NCBI GenBank assembly: GCA_963793425.1
Contig: CAWCAG010000007.1
Span: forward strand, 864,001-928,000
Length of the DNA stretch: 64,000 nucleotides
Source: an uncultured cyanobacterium
Lineage (GTDB): Bacteria > Cyanobacteriota > Cyanobacteriia > Cyanobacteriales > CAWCAG01
Direction of reading: 5' to 3'
In this document: one piece after another, positions 58,416 through 64,000 of the stretch
Position numbering within the stretch: position 1 is the first letter of the stretch
Layout: each line of letters begins with the position of its first letter
Notes under the pieces: model-generated
The model's input: the letters and a program-made list of their open reading frames with translations, nothing else
What the model was told of the DNA's origin: nothing
The model's database searches: none
Program-made: the position numbers and the translations under genes

Positions 58416-58958
58416 TCATTGTTCAAACGCTTCTATTTGCTGCCACCAGCGATTAAGAGGCCAGTAAACAATTGGACCCCAAAGACTGCTGAGAGTTGCT
58501 GATAGTAGCACAAATCTTTGGTGGGTTACCCAGATTTTCTCTAGGCTGACAAAGCCATACAAACTATATTGAATAGCGGTTATGGTTTCTGCGATTCCAC
58601 CCATAGCAAAAACGATTAAAGCAATGGAAATAAAATCTTCTTGTATGTACCTTTGTTTTTGTAAGCGAGCAGTAAGGAAACCGACTAAAGTAAGAGAAAT
58701 AACATGGGAAGGATAGGAAGAAGTTAAACCGTCTTGAATTGCTCCTAAAGCAAGACCAGCGATGGCCCCTTGAAAAGGAGTACGTTTAACGCTCCAAGCT
58801 ACTACCCAAATTAGCAGCCATTGCGGACCAATGTTTTGTAGTTGCATCCCTGGTAAGCGAGTTAAGGAAAACATCGCACAGAGAAGCACTGAACCGACAA
58901 TTACTAACCAGTTAAGGGTAGAACGGAAACGGGGTGATAATTCAGAAACCTTAATCAC
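58416..58958 (-). CDS. mreD: rod shape-determining protein MreD
   Basis: Hydrophobic protein with PQWLLIWVVAWS and G..QDGLT; downstream of mreC. Confidence 0.92.
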   Translation of the reverse strand: MIKVSELSPRFRSTLNWLVIVGSVLLCAMFSLTRLPGMQLQNIGPQWLLIWVVAWSVKRTPFQGAIAGLALGAIQDGLTSSYPSHVISLTLVGFLTARLQKQRYIQEDFISIALIVFAMGGIAETITAIQYSLYGFVSLEKIWVTHQRFVLLSATLSSLWGPIVYWPLNRWWQQIEAFEQ

Positions 58959-59009
58959 GACAGGAGGTTCTTTGGTGGAGTTTATTTTACTGTTATTGGC
59001 AACAAAAAC

Positions 59010-59756
59010 CTAAGATTTGGGTTGAAAAGGGTGAATGACCAACCACTCTAACTGACCCATCGGTGCTGATAGCTTGACTGTCGCTTGGGGAGCAGGACCA
59101 CTTTCTGTATCAATAGATTCTATAGTGCCAATGGGTATGCCTGCTGGCAAAACGCGGCTAACGGGAGAAGTGGTTACCACATCACCTTTACGAATGTCTG
59201 GTACTTTTTCAAAAAAGTGCATTAAAGCTCTATCTGTACCAGAGCCTTTCATTGCCCCCATGTCACGGGTACGGCTAACGGTTACACCAATTTTACTGGT
59301 AGGATCACTAATGAGTAATACTCTGCTGGTATGGGGAGTAACAGTGGTAACTCTACCGACAAGTCCACCAATACCAACCACTACATAGCCAACTTTTACG
59401 CCATCCTTACTGCCCCTAGCTAAGGTGACTTGATGCCACCAATGATCGGCACTACGCCCGACAACAGGAGCAACAATACTTTCTCCGTCTTGTTTTTCAA
59501 CGTAACCTAGTAGTTGTTTGAATTTTTCGTTTTGGACTTCTAACTCAGCTACTTCTTGATTGAGCTGCTGAATTTTAGCGCTAGTAAGTTGCTCTTCTTG
59601 AGTGGGGCCATTCCGAAAAGGTCGGACAGCAGAACTATAAAATTCTGTAATTAGCCCTCCTTGGGTTTGACGAATTACCCAAGCTGTGCTAATCACTAGC
59701 CCAGTTAAGAGAGTTCGAGTACCGTATTTGCGCCAGATACGACGCGAGGAAAACAT
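59010..59756 (-). CDS. mreC: rod shape-determining protein MreC
   Basis: Coiled coil, VVGRS..WW, GSKDGV, GLVGRV, SRVLLISD and GD.V.TS motifs. Confidence 0.95.
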   Translation of the reverse strand: MFSSRRIWRKYGTRTLLTGLVISTAWVIRQTQGGLITEFYSSAVRPFRNGPTQEEQLTSAKIQQLNQEVAELEVQNEKFKQLLGYVEKQDGESIVAPVVGRSADHWWHQVTLARGSKDGVKVGYVVVGIGGLVGRVTTVTPHTSRVLLISDPTSKIGVTVSRTRDMGAMKGSGTDRALMHFFEKVPDIRKGDVVTTSPVSRVLPAGIPIGTIESIDTESGPAPQATVKLSAPMGQLEWLVIHPFQPKS

Positions 59757-59844
59757 AGGTTTATATTTTGGTTGATTATGGTTTGCTATTTATTACTAGT
59801 CAATAGTTAATCAGCTTAACCATTGACTAGTTCCCCATGCAGAG

Positions 59845-60885
59845 CTACATACCACGGGAACGCCCACTAAAGACTCGTTCTAGTTGCTTGAAGTTTTCCA
59901 GAACTCGACCTGTTCCTAAAACTACACAGCTAAGGGGATCTGCGGCTACGTGAGTGACAATGCCTGTTTCGTGGCTGATCAGGGTATCTAGCCCCCTTAA
60001 TAATGCCCCGCCTCCAGCTAACATGATGCCTCTGTCAATAATATCTGCTGCTAATTCCGGAGGTGTACGCTCTAGAGTACGCTTGACGGCATCAACAATT
60101 ACAGAAAGAGGTTCTGACATACTTTCACGAATTTCTGCCCCTTTGATGGTGACAGTACGAGGTAAGCCAGAAAGTAGATGTAGTCCTCTAACTTCCATGG
60201 TTGGTTCATCATCTGCGGTAGGATAAGCCGAACCTACCTTGATCTTGATTTCTTCTGAAGTGCGTTCTCCAATGACTAAGTTATGCACTTTTTTCATGTA
60301 TTGGGTAATGGAGTCACTTAACTCATCCCCGGCAACTCTTACTGATTCGCTTAATACTGTTCCTTGTAGACTTAATACAGCTACTTCAGTTGTACCACCA
60401 CCGATGTCAATAATCATGTTACCAGTTGGTTCAGCTACCGGAAGCCCAGCACCAATAGCTGCGGCTACAGGTTCGTCTATTAAATAAACTGTACTAGCTC
60501 CGGCTTGCTCTGCTGCGTCCATAACAGCTCGACGTTCCACTCCGGTTACGCCGCTGGGAATGCCAATAACGATACGGGGAGAAACTAAAGCTCTACCTCC
60601 GTGTACTTGACGAATAAAGTGCTTGAGCATTAGCTCAGCAGTATCAAAATCCGCAATAACACCATCTCGCAAAGGTCGAACCGCAATTACGTTTCCGGGA
60701 GTTCTACCCAGCATTTTCTTGGCATCTTCCCCTACAGCTAATGGTATTTTTTCGTCTTGGTCTATGGCCACAACAGAGGGTTCTTGGAGAACTATACCTT
60801 TGCCAGAAACATAAACTAACGTATTAGCTGTACCAAGGTCGATACCCATGTCCCTAGACAGGGAAAAGCGACTAAAAAAACCCAC
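59845..60885 (-). CDS. mreB: rod shape-determining actin homologue MreB
   Basis: GIDLGTANT, DIGGGTTEVA and LAGGGALL motifs. Confidence 0.98.
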   Translation of the reverse strand: MGFFSRFSLSRDMGIDLGTANTLVYVSGKGIVLQEPSVVAIDQDEKIPLAVGEDAKKMLGRTPGNVIAVRPLRDGVIADFDTAELMLKHFIRQVHGGRALVSPRIVIGIPSGVTGVERRAVMDAAEQAGASTVYLIDEPVAAAIGAGLPVAEPTGNMIIDIGGGTTEVAVLSLQGTVLSESVRVAGDELSDSITQYMKKVHNLVIGERTSEEIKIKVGSAYPTADDEPTMEVRGLHLLSGLPRTVTIKGAEIRESMSEPLSVIVDAVKRTLERTPPELAADIIDRGIMLAGGGALLRGLDTLISHETGIVTHVAADPLSCVVLGTGRVLENFKQLERVFSGRSRGM

Positions 60886-61129
60886 TAGCTTCTACGCCTC
60901 CAAAATCAAATCTGTTGTGTGTAACTGAAAATGTAACCAAACTGCAATCGAGGAGGATTCTATTATGTTTTCTTTCCTGCGTCTAGTGCAATATGACATT
61001 TTATGGTTAAAAATTTCTGATAACACGTTGTCTAAAGAACAGTTCAAGGCTTTGTAAGTAGCTTCCGGAGAAAGCTAGACTTGAAGTAAGAATTTCCTAA
61101 AATTGTTTTTTTAGGAGTTAATATATTAG

Positions 61130-61143
61130 AGTACTTGTGTACT
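61130..61143 (+). promoter_or_regulatory. cyanobacterial LexA box upstream of ssb
   Basis: AGTACTTGTGTACT matches RGTAC-NNN-DGTWCB, 18 bp before the ssb ATG. Confidence 0.75.
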
Positions 61144-61161
61144 ATATTTTAAGGTAATCTC

Positions 61162-61530
61162 ATGAATATTAATGTTGTCAATTTAGTGGGACACGCTGGT
61201 ACAGATCCAGATGTCAAGTATTTTGAGTCTGGAAGTGTGGTTTGTAATTTAACTTTGGCTGTCCGACGCAGAAGCAAAAATGATGACAAACCAGATTGGT
61301 TTAATCTGGAAATTTGGGGACGAACCGCAGAAATAGCAGGTAATTACGTTCGCAAAGGCAGTTTAATTGGTATTCAAGGTAACTTGAAAATCGAAACCTG
61401 GAGCGATCGCAGTACCGGTGCTTCTCGTTCTAAACCTGTGATCAAGGTAGAACGCCTAGATTTGTTAGGATCTAAGCGGGATAATGACCCCGGTATGGTA
61501 GATAACTATGGGGGAAATTCCGAGTTTTAG
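61162..61530 (+). CDS. ssb: single-stranded DNA-binding protein
   Basis: N.V.LVG..G.DP, DWF..EIWG..AE...YVRKG.LIG.QG and an acidic C-terminus ending in F. Confidence 0.95.
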   Translation: MNINVVNLVGHAGTDPDVKYFESGSVVCNLTLAVRRRSKNDDKPDWFNLEIWGRTAEIAGNYVRKGSLIGIQGNLKIETWSDRSTGASRSKPVIKVERLDLLGSKRDNDPGMVDNYGGNSEF

Positions 61531-62246
61531 TAAGTTATTTGCAAAGTGACGTTGGCTTGTACTTTTTGTTCCCCGCCAATTATTGGGGAACTTGATCTCG
61601 TTTCAAATTGATTAGCATTCGTCAACTGAATAGGCTGCGGTGGAGAAATTACTGCTCCATCAAGGACAATATTAACAATGTCTTGGCGGGTCAAGTTTAA
61701 CACGGCTAGAACTGTATCTGCTTGTTTTTGTGCGTCCTCAGTTGCTTCTCTCAAAGCGTCTTGCTTAGCGGCGCTTATAGCACTGTCTGAGGCAATAAAG
61801 TTGATACCATCTATGCGAGTTGCTCCCACATTTACTGTAGCATCGATTAAATCTCCTGTTTGTTCTGTTGGTAAGCGGAAACTAACTATATTCGTGCCGA
61901 TGTAGCCAGTTAAATTTCTTTGTTCGTTGTTGTAGCTATATTCGGGGCGCAGGCTAACACCTGTAGTTTCTAGTTTTTCCACACCCCGCGATTCCAATAA
62001 ATTCACCACCGCAGTTGTTCTTTCAGCAACTTCTTTTTGTACTTGGGTAGCAGTTTTTCCTTTAACTTCCACTCCTAAACGTACTTGAGTTATGGTGGTG
62101 GGAATCTCAACTTCTCCTTGACCTGTTACGGTTAAAGTACGCATAATTTCTTGGGCCATAACTGGGTTGATACCTATTAAACTAAAGAAGCTTATAGCAA
62201 GGGCTAAAGTTTTTGATACTGTAGTTAAACAAATATTATTAATCAT
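61527..62246 (-). CDS. SIMPL (DUF541) domain periplasmic protein
   Basis: LTVTGQG, LGVE, TTGVSLRPEYSY, GATRIDGI.F and PI.GGEQ.V.A.V motifs. Confidence 0.9.
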   Translation of the reverse strand: MINNICLTTVSKTLALAISFFSLIGINPVMAQEIMRTLTVTGQGEVEIPTTITQVRLGVEVKGKTATQVQKEVAERTTAVVNLLESRGVEKLETTGVSLRPEYSYNNEQRNLTGYIGTNIVSFRLPTEQTGDLIDATVNVGATRIDGINFIASDSAISAAKQDALREATEDAQKQADTVLAVLNLTRQDIVNIVLDGAVISPPQPIQLTNANQFETRSSSPIIGGEQKVQANVTLQITY

Positions 62247-62356
62247 TTAGAAAGCTCCGAGAAAAAACTTATCTAATTGCTAGTTGCCTAAAACTCAGAC
62301 TTGGTGAGAATACTTCATTAATTAACTCTTAAGATAACTGAATCATTGATCATTGC

Positions 62357-62821
62357 TTATATGCAGCCTTGAACAGAAATAATACCTGTAGGCATAATCG
62401 CTCCACAAAGATTAGCGTTGAAAAGGTTAGCTGTTTTGATTTTTTTAGCTCCTTTCAATTTAGCATTCATCAAACTAGCATTAATTAATTTAGCATCGCT
62501 TAAATCGGCTTCTTCAAGATTAGCTTGGTTAAGATTTATGCTGTTTAAATTAGCTTCTGTTAAATCAGCACCTTTTAAGTTTGCACTGCTCAAGTTTGCA
62601 CCACTCAAATCCGCTTCTGTTAAGTCAGCACCTTTTAAGTTTGCTTTTCTGAGATTAGCCCCACTCAAGTCAATTTTTTTTAGTTTACAGTTAGGACAAT
62701 CCATCGCTTTGGCTATATTAGCGTCTTTTTGTGGATCATCAGTTTTGTTTCTTTCTTTAGGGTCGCTACAAGCTGTAATGCTAGTTAGCAAGAAGAGAAC
62801 GACAACAATTTTGAAATTCAT
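62357..62821 (-). CDS. pentapeptide-repeat lipoprotein
   Basis: ITAC lipobox, CPNC and A(D/N)L repeats. Confidence 0.9.
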   Translation of the reverse strand: MNFKIVVVLFLLTSITACSDPKERNKTDDPQKDANIAKAMDCPNCKLKKIDLSGANLRKANLKGADLTEADLSGANLSSANLKGADLTEANLNSINLNQANLEEADLSDAKLINASLMNAKLKGAKKIKTANLFNANLCGAIMPTGIISVQGCI

Positions 62822-62868
62822 TTTATTGTTTATTATAAGAATAATAGGAGCAAAATGAACTATCGGGT

Positions 62869-63399
62869 TTAAATGGCGATTTCAAAACTATCTCTATGAT
62901 GAAAATCAGCTTCTTTACTAAGATGCTTCAAAGCCCAGTAATTTATTTCACTATTTCGGGACTCGGTTACAGTGGCGATCGCAACTTCTATTTTTTGATT
63001 TTCACTAATAATTTCACTAAGAGCCAATTCTAAGTACAAGTTGAGAGATTCTGCATCTTGATTAATCCGAAAAGGTAAGGAAGTAAAAGCTGTTTCTTCT
63101 TTCATTCCTTGGCGATAACTAGCAAAGTGATAAATATTCCAATCACCATCGAGAGAAAGATTAAATTCCCAATATTGAGGAGAATCTGGCATCGCCAGAA
63201 AAAACTCAAAGCAAGTAGTTTGCCAAAGTTCATGTTGGCGAGTTGCTTGGCTTTTTGGTTCAGTAATTACTAGTTCTGTTAAATTACCAGTGAGGGTATA
63301 TTTAATGCTTAAATCGCCTTGGTTGCGGATAATTTCCCCTGAAATATTAATATTGAGTTCGGAGTTAAAAGGTTGTAGAGAAAAACTTTGTCTCCTCAT
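62869..63399 (-). CDS. DOMON-like domain protein
   Basis: LWQTTCFEFF, YWEFNLS..GDWN.Y.F..YR, YWAL.H and DFH motifs. Confidence 0.85.
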   Translation of the reverse strand: MRRQSFSLQPFNSELNINISGEIIRNQGDLSIKYTLTGNLTELVITEPKSQATRQHELWQTTCFEFFLAMPDSPQYWEFNLSLDGDWNIYHFASYRQGMKEETAFTSLPFRINQDAESLNLYLELALSEIISENQKIEVAIATVTESRNSEINYWALKHLSKEADFHHRDSFEIAI

Positions 63400-64000
63400 T
63401 TCAAGTCCTTGATAATACTTTGAATAGCATCAGCTTGAGATTCTATACTTTCTGTCAGCTTAAATTGAACTAATGCCCTAGCAAGATTGTGTTCAGGATA
63501 TTTAGCTTTAAAGTAAATATCTCCAGCAAGATAATCACTAAAGAATCTTAACCCCAGCTCAAAAGTAATTAAACGAATAGCCTCATAAATATATTCATAG
63601 TCATTGTCATTAAGAAAACCTTTAGCTAAAGTAAAATAGCCTTGCAAAATAGCTTGACAAATATCTATTTCAAAACGAACTTCTTGCCAACTTTGGGTTT
63701 CTTCTCCAGAAGGATTACATCCTGAACGCAAACAGTCACCAATATCGTAATGAACTAAACCTGGTTTGACAGTATCAAGGTCAATAATAGAAATAGCTTG
63801 TTGTTTAGTTCTATCAAATATAACGTTGTTAACCTTCGGATCACCATGAATCGGACGTAAAGGTAATTTTCCCTGTTGCTTTGCTGTTTCTAAAACATTT
63901 ATTAATTCTTGGCGATCACTAATAAATCTTAAGCCATATTTCACCTCAGCAGAAGCAGGAATTTTTACCTTTTCTAATACCTGCTCGTATTGTTGAAGAT
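63396..64000 (-). CDS. aminoglycoside phosphotransferase-like kinase (5'-partial)
   Basis: IHGDPKVNN, IIDLDT, YDIGDCLRS and ELGLRFFSDYLAGD; the frame is open to the window end. Confidence 0.88.
   Translation of the reverse strand, partial: LQQYEQVLEKVKIPASAEVKYGLRFISDRQELINVLETAKQQGKLPLRPIHGDPKVNNVIFDRTKQQAISIIDLDTVKPGLVHYDIGDCLRSGCNPSGEETQSWQEVRFEIDICQAILQGYFTLAKGFLNDNDYEYIYEAIRLITFELGLRFFSDYLAGDIYFKAKYPEHNLARALVQFKLTESIESQADAIQSIIKDLK

Noticed and set aside
62418..62858. 146-aa repetitive plus-strand ORF
   Set aside because: Antisense shadow of the pentapeptide-repeat gene.

Overview
AT-rich chromosomal window from a cyanobacterium, based on about 30 HIP1 octamers (GCGATCGC) seen by eye, psbZ, cruF, glpX and 7-bp tandem repeats. 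A housekeeping backbone (glpX, hemA, A-adding tRNA nucleotidyltransferase-psbZ-ribH, egtC-egtB, rqcH, remA-gmk, ribD, mreBCD, ssb, tRNA-Arg-CCG) is interrupted by accessory conflict modules. The most interesting parts: (1) two separate polymorphic effector-immunity loci of the type exported by extracellular contractile injection systems (eCIS/PVC). One is a 1255-aa carrier with an Ntox16-like tip followed by ankyrin and YbjN genes. The other is a DUF4157 protein with an unannotated Cys-His-Glu payload, two lipoproteins and a decayed prenyl-synthase/methyltransferase gene. Both payloads follow an IQR motif. (2) An unannotated small RNA with a consensus NtcA-activated promoter and a Rho-independent terminator. 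(3) A protein-less IS200/IS605 derivative that keeps a TnpB reRNA-like scaffold and has its own promoter and a boxA-like motif. (4) A RelE-like/SF1-helicase/TPR-like protein. (5) A cytoplasmic UrtA/AmiC-PAS adenylate cyclase. (6) A defence patch with two DUF262 nucleases and an MntA/HepT pair whose toxin is pseudogenised. All family calls come from motif recognition by eye; no searches were run.
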